From Octopus bimaculoides (Eukaryota): a stretch of 64,000 nt of DNA. Positions 39,257 through 51,686 of this stretch are shown piece after piece. Position 1 is the stretch's first letter. Every line of letters begins with the position of its first letter. Below the pieces are notes generated by a model. It saw nothing but the letters and a program-made list of their open reading frames with translations, made no database searches and had not been told where the DNA came from. The DNA is taken from the NCBI RefSeq assembly GCF_001194135.2, contig NC_068983.1, positions 111,880,377-111,944,376 on the forward strand, in the 5' to 3' direction. Made by a program: the position numbers and the translations under genes.

Positions 39257-40425
39257 AGTAACCACTCAGCAGCTTCACTCCTGATTCACATTTTGAGTAT
39301 AACAAAGCTGACAGCCAAATGTCAATATTTGACTAGCACTAATGAGTCAGCTTTGCATAATATTTAATCCTTTATTTTCTATCTCTTACACCATTTCCCT
39401 CTATCTAAGGCAACATCAACACACAGACATATATCCAAAATGTCACACAGTGGGTTCCAACATGGGACTTCATGGATACGAAACCAACTTTTAAACTATT
39501 CAATCATGCTGCAGCCTTACTTTCTTTACATAACAACTCATTAAAAGAGAATAGTCAATAAAATGTGAACAATTAAAGTGAGAAGTCAACATACTTATTA
39601 GACGGTTACTAACCTTTTTAGGATTCACAAGTCATTGGCCTTTATCATAGAAGCTAGAGGAATTTCTAATCAGCAATATACTATTAACCGGTGACTGACT
39701 GATCTGGTTGGCCCTTTATTGATGATAAAATATTAAGGATGTATTTCCCTTTTTTTTAATATCTCTTACTTACTGACTCGTGCTTCATATTATATTTTTT
39801 TTGTTGTTTTTACCTTTTAAATATGATTGTCTATTGTCGTTATATAATTAAATTTAAACTTGTTTCACTTTCGTTTTCGATTTTGTAAACTGAGAACACA
39901 TTAAATTTTGAAATGTATGAAAAATAAGCAACATTATGATAATAAATGACATATAAGAAACAAAATACAAGGAAGTCAAGACGATTATTATAGTTAAAAT
40001 ATGAAAATTATGATAATAATGTCGTGAATTATGTAATATATAATCGATTTAGGTGTTGAATATAATGGCTTAAAGTGACACAAACTATTCATTTGCTGAT
40101 TTATGGTTGTCGTTTTAGCCTATAAATATATTATGTGCTAGTGCTGAAAAGCAAGATAGAAGTATATAATGCTGATATAATATGCCATATTACTGTATAT
40201 TTTTCTATATTTTATTTGCAATCTCTTGATATAAAAATATTTTACAGGTGCCTGCCAAAAGTAGGACTAATCAGAGTTAGTGAAGTAGGTGGCCATTGCT
40301 TTGTCACTTACGTCGTAGCACATCTTTGGTTATCTGCATGTATCACTAGAGTTTTTCATCATTTAGGATTAAAATTGAATGACTGTATATATATATATAT
40401 ATATATAAATATGAAACAGTCTGAT

Positions 40426-40804
40426 ATGGTTTCAGACGACTTAAATTTTCGCAGGTCTCTAAGAGAAGCTCGTCTCTTTCAGGCTTTGGATTGCTGTATG
40501 GAGAGATATAGGAAGTCCAAGATTGCTACCAAAGATAGGCTGCTATTTGTCAAGGTTGGTCACATGGTGTTGACAAGGGATATCACTTGTTCAGCGACAA
40601 CAGTTCCTTTAGAAAGGGAAAGGAGCTGTCATTGCTGAGCAAGTGATATTCTTTGTCAATGCCATGTGACCTGCCTTGACCAATAGCAGCCTGTCTTCCG
40701 TTAGCCATCTTGGACTTCCTGTATCTCTCCATACGACAATCCAAATCCTGAAAGAGATGGGCTTCTCTTAGTTGCCTGCGAAGCTTTAAGTCATGCGTAA
40801 CCAT
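40426..40804. repeat. Fold-back element (about 185-bp imperfect arms, about 8-nt loop)
   Basis: ATGGTTTCAGACGACTTAAATTTTCGCAGG vs reverse-complement arm ATGGTTACGCATGACTTAAAGCTTCGCAGG; the similarity continues to the centre at about 40615. Confidence 0.85.
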
Positions 40805-42959
40805 TTTAAATAATACATGCTATTCCTACGAAATGTGTTGAGTGCACTTTCCTTTTGTTTGTCCAATCACACATGTATATATATATATATATATATNNNN
40901 NNNNNNNNNNNNNNNNNNNNNNNNNNNNNNNNNNNNNNNNNNNNNNNNNNNNNNNNNNNNNNNNNNNNNNNNNNNNNNNNNNNNNNNNNNNNNNNNNNNN
41001 NNNNNNNNNNNNNNNNNNNNNNNNNNNNNNNNNNNNNNNNNNNNNNNNNNNNNNNNNNNNNNNNNNNNNNNNNNNNNNNNNNNNNNNNNNNNNNNNNNNN
41101 NNNNNNNNNNNNNNNNNNNNNNNNNNNNNNNNNNNNNNNNNNNNNNNNNNNNNNNNNNNNNNNNNNNNNNNNNNNNNNNNNNNNNNNNNNNNNNNNNNNN
41201 NNNNNNNNNNNNNNNNNNNNNNNNNNNNNNNNNNNNNNNNNNNNNNNNNNNNNNNNNNNNNNNNNNNNNNNNNNNNNNNNNNNNNNNNNNNNNNNNNNNN
41301 NNNNNNNNNNNNNNNNNNNNNNNNNNNNNNNNNNNNNNNNNNNNNNNNNNNNNNNNNNNNNNNNNNNNNNNNNNNNNNNNNNNNNNNNNNNNNNNNNNNN
41401 NNNNNNNNNNNNTATATATATATATATATATATATATATGTAAGTATGTATGTATGTATGTATGTATGTATATGTGTGGGTGTGGGTGGGTGTTTGTGTG
41501 TGTGTATGTGTGTGTGTGTGTGAGTGTGTGATCATGGATCATTATGTGTGGTTGATTGCTACTGCTGTCCCAGCTCTTTACATAAAATGTAAAAAGAGTG
41601 AAACAATTATAGGAGTATTTACATAAAAAGTGAATAGTGTATATATACTTCAGTAAAGTCTAAATTTTAAAACTCTGACAATACACCTAACAAAGCAAAT
41701 ATTGAAATACAAACCACAAAAACAAAACAAAGACAGAACATGCAAATAAAGTATTGTCTATGTTCAGAGTTCATATATGCAAAATTCTGAGAAACACATA
41801 CAAATACAGAAAGCAGCTCTTAGAAATGAATGTTACGAGAACAGTGAGTAATACAAATGCATAGATGGTGTATAATCGGTCAGAGATATGGCAGACCATG
41901 TAATATGAATGTCTATGTGAAATTGACTGCAAGGATATAAATGTCTGCTGCAAGGATATAAATGTGTTTGTGAACAAATGATGTTTTGCAGGGCAGGTGA
42001 ATTTTCTTTGTCCCTTTTTAATATTAATAGAAACAAAGTAAAAAGTAAATATAAAAACATGCACAGATAAACTTTTCGACAGTCTCTTCTGTGAAGTTAC
42101 GTGTGCAAAATTGTTTGGTTGCAATTCATTGTGCTGCCGGATTCTACTGGGCTGTGAAAACTGTCTGTTCCATGTTATTCTGCTATTTCTGCTGAAGAAA
42201 TTTTTCCACGCCCTTGATATTAAATATACTTACAATAAACTGTAAAATATAATCAGTGTTTGCTGTCTGTTGGGTGACACTCATCCATCTTGGATTATGA
42301 TGCTTAGGTTATAGGTTGAAGATTGGCATATATAATGAAGGGTCTTCCTTCCTAGGAATGGTGTTAGTGCATTATTGGCAAAGGAAGCTGCCGATTTCCC
42401 ACATTTAAGCAGCTAACTTGAAAGAACATTGTTGAATACACTGAATGAACGATTTCTTGAAGTGCTTTGGTAATGAGAGTTTGAGTGCACAAAATAACAA
42501 GGCAAGTGCCATTGCATGTGTCTGTCAGAGGCTGAATTTTGTCTTCAATCGTCTAGTAAAAATTTGCCAGTTCATAGGAAATGGGATTGATGAAAGAAAG
42601 GGGGTAAGCTACTGCATTAGAAGTATTTGAACAGGAAATATCCATAATATTATGTGAAGTCGTCATTTTTTAAATGGAAATTAGCTGGAATCACTCACAT
42701 GAAAGGATATGAATAAAATTCGCTCCAAAATTATTCATTCGAGAGAAGAAAAGACTTTGCTCAGAGATGAAAGTTGGCTTTGTTACTTCTAGCAACGAAA
42801 GATACACCTAAGCCTTTTTAACATCATAGCTTAAAAAGATAGGGGTTGTGGTATTAAGAATTGTATGTGCAGAAATGTCTGCTGCCTTTGATCTTTCCTT
42901 GTTGGTTGTTGTAGATATGGTGACAAGTTAATGTTCACGTGATTGTGATGTCTGACTTT

Positions 42960-45357
42960 GACCAAAGTGCTTCATCCTTGGCATCCGCAACAAATGTAGC
43001 ATGGTCATTCATGCTCAACATCCAATGAAGAAAATCTTCTTCAAACTCATCACCTTCAAAGGCATCAACTCTAGCAATGTAGTGAAAGATTCTCGATTTT
43101 TTCCCAAGGACTTTGACTATGACAAAATTACCTTCAATGATACTCTAGTCATCTCCTCCAGAGTCATCAGTGTCATCATAAATTGTTTCCATCTCAGACT
43201 CACTTTCACCAGATGATGAACTGTCATCATATGGCATAATTTTGCTCTTGATTCTTGTGGTCTTTGTGAACAGAGATTTCTTTGCTGTGGCAGTGCATTT
43301 CTTGGCTTCATTGTTCCTTTCTCTGACTACTTTTGCTTCTGTAGTATCATTTCTAAGTGGTGTGTCAATCAGTATTTTAACACAATCTTGCTTTCTGTTG
43401 GAAGCTTTCACCTTCCAGGGACTTGTTTAGGTAAAGGCTGTATATCCCAGGGTGATGCATATGAAGATGATGGACCAGCATCCAAGGTTATAATACCAGA
43501 CACAATGTTTACAATAGGGTTCCCTGCTGGGCCTGCAGGATTCGTCAGGGTTCATCAGGGTTCGTTGTGGATTCATCAGGGTTTGTGGATTCATCAGGGC
43601 TCATGGATTCATCAGGGTTCATTGCTGGGCCTGCTGTGTTTCCATTTGGATCTGAACTTGCATGACATTCTGTCTGTGACATCTGCTGGTGCATAATCTC
43701 CATCTGAAAATATGTCTCTATTGAATGGCAGAATTCCTGTGCTCTGAAAACCAGCAAGAATATTGCATGGCACACATGCCAACACATGAGCTTTGTCCAC
43801 TAAAAGAGGAACATCATAGATAGACACCATTTTGCCACGATTGGATCACATCCACCCATCCATCACTCGTAAGTAGGCTCTTTTGTATGGTCCATACGTC
43901 ACCTTGTCTAAAGGTTGAAATTTGTGGGATGTGTGTGTGGGTATTGATAACAGTACAATGCCATTTGCCTTAACCTTCTCAACTACTGCTTGTAAATATG
44001 ATCTTCATGATTATCTAGAATGAGCAACACCTTTCAGTCTGGGGAGCAACGTGTTTGTTTCACAAAACGATCGAGGTACTTCACAAAAGTTTGTTTATTG
44101 ATCCATCCTGATCTGGTGGTTGCTCAGTCAGAGCTCACTGGTGCTCCGTGTATGAAATGATTATGATAGTTTACGCAGAGAAAAATCAGAAAGGGCAGAA
44201 GCACTCCACCACCAGCTTTGATAGCATTAACAACAATCACCAATTCACCTCTTTCACCCAATGTGACTAAGCCAACTTCCTTGACGTCCCTTTCGGTGAT
44301 GGAGGTTCCAAGCTTTTGTACAGTATGGCATCCTGTTTCATCAAGATTGTATATATCCTGTACTTCAAATCTGTGTTGATCCATTACTTTGGCAAGGTTA
44401 TTGTAAGACAGGCCCACAGTATGATGATTAAATGCAGTTGCTCATGCTTATGAAATTGCCTCTGGGTTGGGAATAGAAAGGTTAAAGTGACTTTTGAAGC
44501 CCAACCAGAAACTTTCCCTTGCTTTTTTGTTTGCTTTCCAGTTATCAGGAACATCAGTTCTGTTCCTCACAGCATATTCATATGATAAGCTTTGATATTT
44601 GCCTTTGGAAAGCCCATGATAGCTTGCTACTAATGTTTTTATGTGATCTGCTAGATTGCTTTCCATTTCTGGAAGAAATGCCATATTCTTCAGTTGACAA
44701 TTCTTATATCCACTTTCTCCTTGAGGATCAATTTTCTGTCTATCCATAAAATGCTTGAGTGTCATTTGGTCTACATCAAATGCTCATGTGGCAGCCCAAA
44801 CACCTTTCTCCTCTTGGATTGCTTTTGCTGCTCAATTAAGTAATACCACATCACTCCCATGGTTCGATTTCCATTTGTAGATCTGTGGCATCGTCTGAAA
44901 AAAAATGTAAATAGTATCTTAATTTAGAGAAAAGAACAATTGAGCCACGGATCTAGTCTCTTAATGATCAATGGCTCATCTCTCCCCAAGTTGGCCATTT
45001 TGACATGTACTTTGACTCACTTCAAAGCAGTTGTATCAAATTCAATCAAAATCTCCTCAACAAATCTACAATGCATAAGCGACATGTTGCCTACAATGCC
45101 ACAAAAATAACTATTCCTAGATAAATGATAGAAAGGGCTTTACTTCTAATTCTAAAATCCACTTTCTTGAGCAATTTAGAGTTTTTCCTTCATCTCATGT
45201 CCACAGAGCTGTTATGCAACTATTTGCCTTAACTGAAAAGAAAGATATGTGACACTCTACCAACAGAAGGCATTTGAGCTTTTTTTTCTGGAATGCAAGT
45301 GATAGTTCTAGGGGATGGATCAACTCTCCTTTTGGCTCAACTCATCTGGATCTCCCC
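42960..45357 (-). mobile_element. Decayed pogo-family transposon (HTH_psq, CENP-B HTH, DDE_1)
   Basis: ATG at 44891 (MPQIYKWKS). ORF 44448-44765 is a CENP-B-like HTH. Catalytic motifs IYNLDETG (44124-44417), GWINK, LLILDNH, FQPLD..YGPYK and AGFQSTGILPFN. 5' end TA|GGGGAGATCCAGATGAGTTGAGCC at 45357. The 3' TIR was not found. Confidence 0.9.
43535..43625. repeat. About 18-bp tandem repeat inside the pogo C-terminal region
   Basis: GGATTCATCAGGG units encoding MNPDES-MSPDES-TNPDES-TTNPDEP on the minus strand. Confidence 0.85.
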
Positions 45358-45699
45358 TAAGTGAGCTTTTGAGAAGCATGTTTAATGAAAATATCAGGAG
45401 GCATTTTTATACAAAATATTTTAATTTATTAAAGGATATCGAGAGCTGACAAGTAGTATGAGAGTAGCTGTGTATGTGCATGAGTCAGAGAAAGATTTGA
45501 AAATATACTGCTCATGATGGGATCAGAATTGAGGGCTGATATAATTCAGAGCTAGCAGTGCAAAGTTGGTGTGAAAAACAAAGAGGATGTTCCCATGCTG
45601 AAGAGGCAATATTGCTTGTCAGCTATTTTTCCACTAACTGGTTAAAACGTCCACCTCTCTTCTTGTGCAGAGAACTGCTTTTGGCATTAATACATGCCC

Positions 45700-45735
45700 A
45701 GCCCTGATTGGTCGGAGTTGCCATAGCAAAACTGT
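45700..45735. promoter_or_regulatory. Candidate CCAAT box plus RFX X-box
   Basis: ATTGG at 45707-45711 and GTTGCCATAGCAAA at 45717-45730 (13/14 match to GTTGCCATAGCAAC), in a CpG-retaining patch not assigned to a repeat. Confidence 0.4.
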
Positions 45736-45837
45736 GCTACAACGCGATAACAAAAATAGCTCTCTTGACTCGCTACAAGGTTTTGAATCACCACCACACA
45801 CACACACACACACAACACACACACACACACACACAAT

Positions 45838-45877
<40 letters not shown>

Positions 45878-45974
45878 ACACACTTCACTGCATTAACCAG
45901 ATAATTGGATGTTGTTATATGCCATTAGTCATAATGTGCTTTCTTGCATTGTTGTAGCTCTTAAATAATGTGGA

Positions 45975-46185
45975 CTCACCTATGGCATATAAGGGACTGA
46001 GTTATTGATATTTGACCCAAACGGGACACCAGTCCATCACAGGTTAGCTCATTTGCAGCTGTGTGGACTGGAGCAACATGAGGTGAAGTGTTTTGCACAA
46101 GAATACAATATATAATACCTCCCTGTTTTGACATTGAAACCATGATCTTGGAATTGTGAGTGCAACACCTTAACCCGTAAGCCAC
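45975..46185 (-). mobile_element. Old tRNA-derived CORE-type SINE
   Basis: Reverse complement: GTGGCTTACGGGTTAAGG head, TTGCTCCAGTCCACACAGCTGCAAATGAG, then CCTGTGATGGACTGGTGTCCCG. Confidence 0.65.
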
Positions 46186-47166
46186 ATGTTTTCACACATA
46201 CATACGGCGTATATATTATTCAAATGATTGATATCGATTTGTTCATTAAATATTTAAAAAAATAAGTAATCAACTGAGGCGTGTTTGCAATTAAAAATTC
46301 AATGAAATAGTTTATTTTTCTAATAAACAATGTTTCACAGACTTTTCTTATTCCTGACTTTTTCATGATTTTAGCTATTTTAGACTTAAGGATAAAATAA
46401 GGTTATATACACGTCATGTCCTTGGCTATGTGATTTAGGTGCTGTGGCTATGATTAAATGTGTATTGTTATGTTAGTATGATGCTAAGCTGCATGTTGTC
46501 CTATAATAAACTCATCTTCAAACCTTGTTTAACACTTATTTTTTACAGAAGTATATCACAATATTTACATAATTATAGAGATGCTTATCAGTAATGTATT
46601 GTGCTAGAAGTAGAGAGAGGCAGGGAAAATATTCTGTTCTTCCTGGCTGACAATTCCTTTAACCCAAGGTTGAGCTGTGACCAAGTAATTTTCACTTCTT
46701 AAGTACTCTGATTTGTTTTGACTAAGAACTGGCTGGCTATTTATTTATGCGGTGAGAGATGAAGACATTGTGTTCATGGTACATGCTGAGAAAAGTACTT
46801 TGAAGATGAAGTAATTTTTTTTAAATGCAGGTTGAGCAGGGACCAAGAATCCTGCTTCCATCTAACTTCTCTGGAACTTTCTCTACCCTCTGTGCTGATT
46901 CTGGTGCACTTTTGCTTTATATTACCTCAATTCACAGGGAACATCTGGAGCATGATAGCACATTCTCTGATATGGGGTGATGTTTCTGCAAACTGATTGG
47001 TTAATATTCAGAGCACATCATCTGATCTAAGTGGGGTTTGATTCTAGTTAATAGAGCTCTAATTTTCAATTCTGGGCTTCCTGTCATGATAAAGTTACAA
47101 TTAATACCTTAGTATCTTCAAACTTCAAATCAATTAATGTTAATTTTTCTATGTTTGAAAAGGTGA

Positions 47167-47380
47167 CAAAGTGGCAGAATCGAAAGTATGCTGGGAAAAA
47201 ATGAGTAGCAGTATTTCTTATGTATTTACATTCTGTGTTCAAATTCCATCAAAGTTGACTTAGCCTTTCATCTTATTGGGGTTGATAAACTAAGTACCAG
47301 TTGAGTACTGGGTCTATCTAATCAACTTACCCACTTCCTTGATGTTCCTGGTCTTGTGCCAAAATTTGAAACCAATAATT
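47167..47380 (+). mobile_element. Nin/Deu-domain SINE, diverged
   Basis: GTGGCAGAATC...TTCTGTGTTCAAATTCC...GCCTTTCATC...GATAAACTAAGTACCAGTTG. Confidence 0.75.
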
Positions 47381-47677
47381 CTATGCTTAAAATGTTTATA
47401 TTTAGAAATCTTTATAAGTGCTCATTTTTGAAGATGGATAAAATGTATGAGAATTACTAGAAAAATACCTAGTTCTCAAAAATGTAATGAGTCCAAATAA
47501 AATAAATAAAGATGTTTTGCAAAAACAGCTAAGTTATTAGTCCCAATTATAAATTTTTGCTTTTAGTAATCAATATATTTCATCAGTAGAATGCCACCAC
47601 TGGTGGAAAAATATATATATATAGCACACAAAGAATAGGTAGGCATCATCGTCACCATTTTAATATCTCCTTTCCAT

Positions 47678-47890
47678 AAGGCAGTGAGCTGGCATAAACG
47701 TAAACACGTCGGGTGAAATGCTTAGCGGTATTTTGTCTGTCTTTATATACTGAGTTCAAATTCTGCCGAGGTCAACTTTGCCTTTCATCCTTTCGGAGTC
47801 AATAAATTAAGTACCAGTTGCATACTGAGGTCGAGCTAATCCACTAGCCCCTCCCCCAAAATGTCTGGCCTTGTGCCTAAAGTAGAAAAG
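47678..47890 (+). mobile_element. Nin/Deu-domain SINE with 16-bp TSD, nested in an RTE-tail repeat
   Basis: AATATCTCCTTTCCAT at 47662-47677 and 47891-47906. Confidence 0.9.
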
Positions 47891-48110
47891 AATATCTCCT
47901 TTCCATGCTTACATTGGTTAGATGGAATATGTTAAGGCAGTTACTTTTTGATGGATGGATACCCTTCCTGTTGCTAGGAAGCACTTGTTTCCAAGCAAGA
48001 TATTATTTTCTCAAGTGTGGACATGTTTTTACAGAAAACTGGAAATGAAGAGCCCCACTTGAATGACAAGTGGTTCCCATTTACAACAATCACACAATGT
48101 CAAGGTAAGG
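47891..48110 (-). mobile_element. Second RTE-tail-sharing repeat family, minus strand
   Basis: GGATACCCTTCCTGTTGC...TTGTTTCCAAGCAAG, homologous to the plus-strand copy at 60245-60480. Confidence 0.6.
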
Positions 48111-48559
48111 AGATAGAAGCATATACATACATACGAACATACATACATACATACATACATGCATACATACATGCATACATACATGCATACATACTTACAT
48201 ACATACATACATACAGAAGTTTATTATTCAGTATATATGTGCAATGTGTATGTCTAAATATGCAATATATATATGAGAATACACATATAAAACAAAACAA
48301 ATCTGCACATGCACTGAATCCCAAAACTGCACACATACACGCATACATGCAAAAATACACTGTTGATGTTGTTGAAATTCCAATGAAGGAGCTTTGGATC
48401 AGGGTTAGAAGCTGATTCTTTCTCTATTGGAAGGAAATCTTGAAATAAAACTGAATAATAGCCTGCATACATACATACATACATGCATACATACATACAC
48501 ACACACATACATACATACATACATACAAATGTAGATATGTGTGTGTATGGGTGTATGTG

Positions 48560-48720
48560 TCTACAATTGGTTTCTTTCAGTTTTCATCAGTGAAATCCAT
48601 TAACATGGCTTTGGTTAGAAAGAGTTATAATAGAAGACACTTGTCCAAGGTGCCAAGCAGTTGGATTGAAACCATACCATGTGGTTGAAAAGCAAACTTC
48701 TTAAGCATATAGACATACCT
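48560..48720 (-). mobile_element. 5' part of the (TG)n-containing SINE family
   Basis: GACACTTGTCCAAGGTGCC...CCATGTGGTTG...CAAACTTCTTA, the reverse complement of the 32555 family head. Confidence 0.7.
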
Positions 48721-48899
48721 ACATCAAAAGAAGATGCACTTCATCAAATGAAGTGGGGATCCATAGAATGAAAATATAAAATGTCAAGACAAGACAGCAA
48801 TTGTCGAACTACAAACAGAACAACAGGAAATATATAAATGACAATTAAACTCAAAAAAAGAGGAAAGAAATGATCATCCATGAGACTGCTACATGGCGG

Positions 48900-49200
48900 A
48901 AGTGTTTCATTGAGTAATTGACCAAATCATCATGAGTATTGGTGAGCAATTTTTGAACAACTGTGAAGTCATAAAAGATATAGCATGTTTTGATCCACAT
49001 CATTTAGGGGAACTCTAAAAAAATTCCTTATCATCAGAAGTACTGGCAAACATCTGCAATCATCTAAGTCTGGTCAAGCAAAAGTTCTGCAAAAGATTGT
49101 ACTTTTTTTATCTTAAACTTTGACTGCACTTCAAAATCTTTGAATGAAGTATTTGCAACAGACCTTTAGAATCAGAGTCAAACATACTTCAAACACATCC
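48900..49200 (+). mobile_element. hAT transposase C-terminal-region relic
   Basis: VIDQIIMSIGEQFLNNCEVIKDIACFDP resembles the ID-x-I-x-x-S-x-x-x-RF...LDP region of hAT/ZMYM-like transposases. Confidence 0.45.
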
Positions 49201-50276
49201 TGTTATAAATTCAAGTTCACATTGCATTTCCGTAAAGTCGTGTAAGAATTCTTTGCTTTTTCTATATCCTATATAATTATTCATAGCATGCATCTGCATA
49301 CTCAAATTTATTCTTAGTTTAGCATTCATGCAATTCTGTGATGAATGTGCATTCAGTAAGTTAAAAAGAGTAAAACTCAATTATGCTCCATGCTGTGAAA
49401 TGGTATGCTCAAAACTCTTATGCTAATGAGCTTTGTAAAAGATTTACTTCCTGAAATTTCTATGTATGGTATTCTTTTTTTTTTCTTCTTGAAAAACAAC
49501 ACAGGTTTTTAGATTGCTTGCTCTCTTGGTGGTTTCTGCTTTGAAAATAGATAGATTGCTTATTCTGTGAATACTATTTTATTCTGAAAAATATCCATAT
49601 CATCTAACTTTAATAAACAGAATACTGAAGAAATGGAGCATCTTATTTACCCATTTAATAGTATTGCTTTTATTTGATTCATTTGTTAAAGTTTATGATT
49701 AGGTAGGCCTTTTTACATGTTTTACCCTGTAGAAAGTTTAGAGACAGTTTATCCTTGCAATTAATTGTCACAGATATTTTTATGGACATATTTTATAGGA
49801 ATCACTAGTCATCAGTATACTATTAACTTATGCTAAACTTTAACATCAACATTTTATATAAATCGCAAGTCACCAGTATACTATTAACTCATACTAACCT
49901 TTACTGTAGAAACTGCAAAATGACTATGAATGTATATGCATGTATGGTTGTATGTTTGTATGTATATATTTATGTATGTGTGTCTCTTCTGTATTTAATC
50001 ATTAAAATTCTTCCTCTGAAGAAGGAGCTGGTTTCTAACAAAGATACAAAGTTGCATCTTTGGAATGTAGATAATGGAAACAATGTCACATTTTAAACAT
50101 AAGAAAAGTCTTGCATAGTTTTACTATTCCGCATACAGATTGTATTTATAATGTGCAAGTCAGTTGGTTGATTTCTTTTTCTGAAAATCCAAGCTTATCC
50201 ACTCTGACAGTTAAGCATTTACTTACAAAACCTAGTGCTTCAATTGTTATTGGTATAAATGTAAATTTGTAATCCA

Positions 50277-50964
50277 GATATATAATTGTTAAACAGAACA
50301 GCATACATTAAGGCAAGGCAGACATCTCAAGTCATATACAATATTATCATTGGAAAAAATTCAAAATCTTACAGCTGTTTCTGGGATATCCATGAGAATG
50401 GGATATTCCATCATCAGAGACAAGTAAAGAAAAAAATAGGGAAAATGAGAATGGTATATATTAATAAGATGTCAACGTGGAGGAAGCGAGTAAAAGAATA
50501 AAATGGAAAGAAGGAAGAAAAAAGAAGCATAAAAGTTCATAATTCAACTTTCTGAAGTTATAGAAATCAGATCATGAGTCCTAAGGTGCAATCCTGCATA
50601 GATCCATGAGCATAAGTCCTCTGTGCAACCCACATGGATCTATGCAGGGTTGTACCTAAGGACTCATACTCTAGTTTCTATAACTTCGGAATGTTGAACT
50701 ATGAACTTTTATGCTTCATTTTTCTTCTTTCTTTCCATCTCATTATTCATTTATTCACTTCCTCTATGTTGTCATCTCATCAATAAATACCATTCTCATT
50801 TTCCCTATTTTTCCCTATTTGTCTCAGATGACAGAGTATCTCATACTTGAGGATATCCCAGAAACAGCTGCAGATTTTGAATTTTTTCCGATAATAATAT
50901 TGTATATGACTTGAGATGTTTGCTTTGCCTTAATGTTTGCTGCCCTGTTTAACAATTGTACATC
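50277..50964. repeat. About 690-bp fold-back element (about 330-bp imperfect arms, 24-nt loop)
   Basis: Paired blocks include AATTGTTAAACAG/CTGTTTAACAATT, CAGCTGTTTCTGGGATATCC/GGATATCCCAGAAACAGCTG and GCATAGATCCATG/CATGGATCTATGC. Confidence 0.9.
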
Positions 50965-51147
50965 AACTGCATTTAAAATCTGCAATGGCTCCATAACTAC
51001 CATCTCGGCTATAACTTTGAAGCTCTAGTAATCCGTTACAGCATTTACATAGCGTACCTAATTGTTTAGATCACCTGTGAACTAAACCCCCATACTTTGT
51101 GTATATATATGTGTCTATGTGTTTGTGTGTGAGTGTGTGTGTGTATG

Positions 51148-51204
<57 letters not shown>

Positions 51205-51205
<1 letters not shown>

Positions 51206-51462
51206 CTTATCTTTTATTTTTTACTTGTTTCTGTCATTAGACTGTGGCTATTTTGGGAGACTACCTTGAAGAATTTTAGTCAAACAATTTAACACTCGTA
51301 TTTATGTTCTTAAGCCTTATAATTATTCTATTGGTCTCTCTTGTTGAACTACTGGTTATAGAGATATAAACACATCAATATTGGTCGTCAAGCAGTGGTA
51401 GAATACAAATACAAAACACACACACACACACACACACACCCACACACACACACACACTCACA

Positions 51463-51505
<43 letters not shown>

Positions 51506-51686
51506 AGATATACACATGATGGGCTTCTTTGAGGTTTAGCCTTAAAAAATCTACTCACCAGGCTTTGATAGGTTGAAGTTTATAGTAGGAGACACTTGGC
51601 CAAGGTGCAAGGTGTCACACAGTAGGACTGAACCCAGAACCTTGTTGTTGAGAAACAGGCTTCTTACCACACAGATATGCCTGCCA
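51205..51686 (-). mobile_element. (TG)n-containing tRNA-derived SINE, diverged full length
   Basis: Reverse complement of the 32555 family (TTACTTGTTTC.GTCATT...(CA)n...GACACTTGGCCAAGGTGC...CTTCTTACCACAC). Confidence 0.75.

Noticed and set aside
43535-43625. Multiple CUGAUGA motifs suggesting tandem hammerheads or a CRISPR-like array
   Set aside because: No GAAA box or stems, and no unique spacers; the units are an in-frame peptide repeat in a pogo ORF.
46831-46980. Open frame of about 49 codons after TTTTAAATGCAG
   Set aside because: The acceptor-like site is plausible but the peptide is unrecognisable and no linked exon was found.
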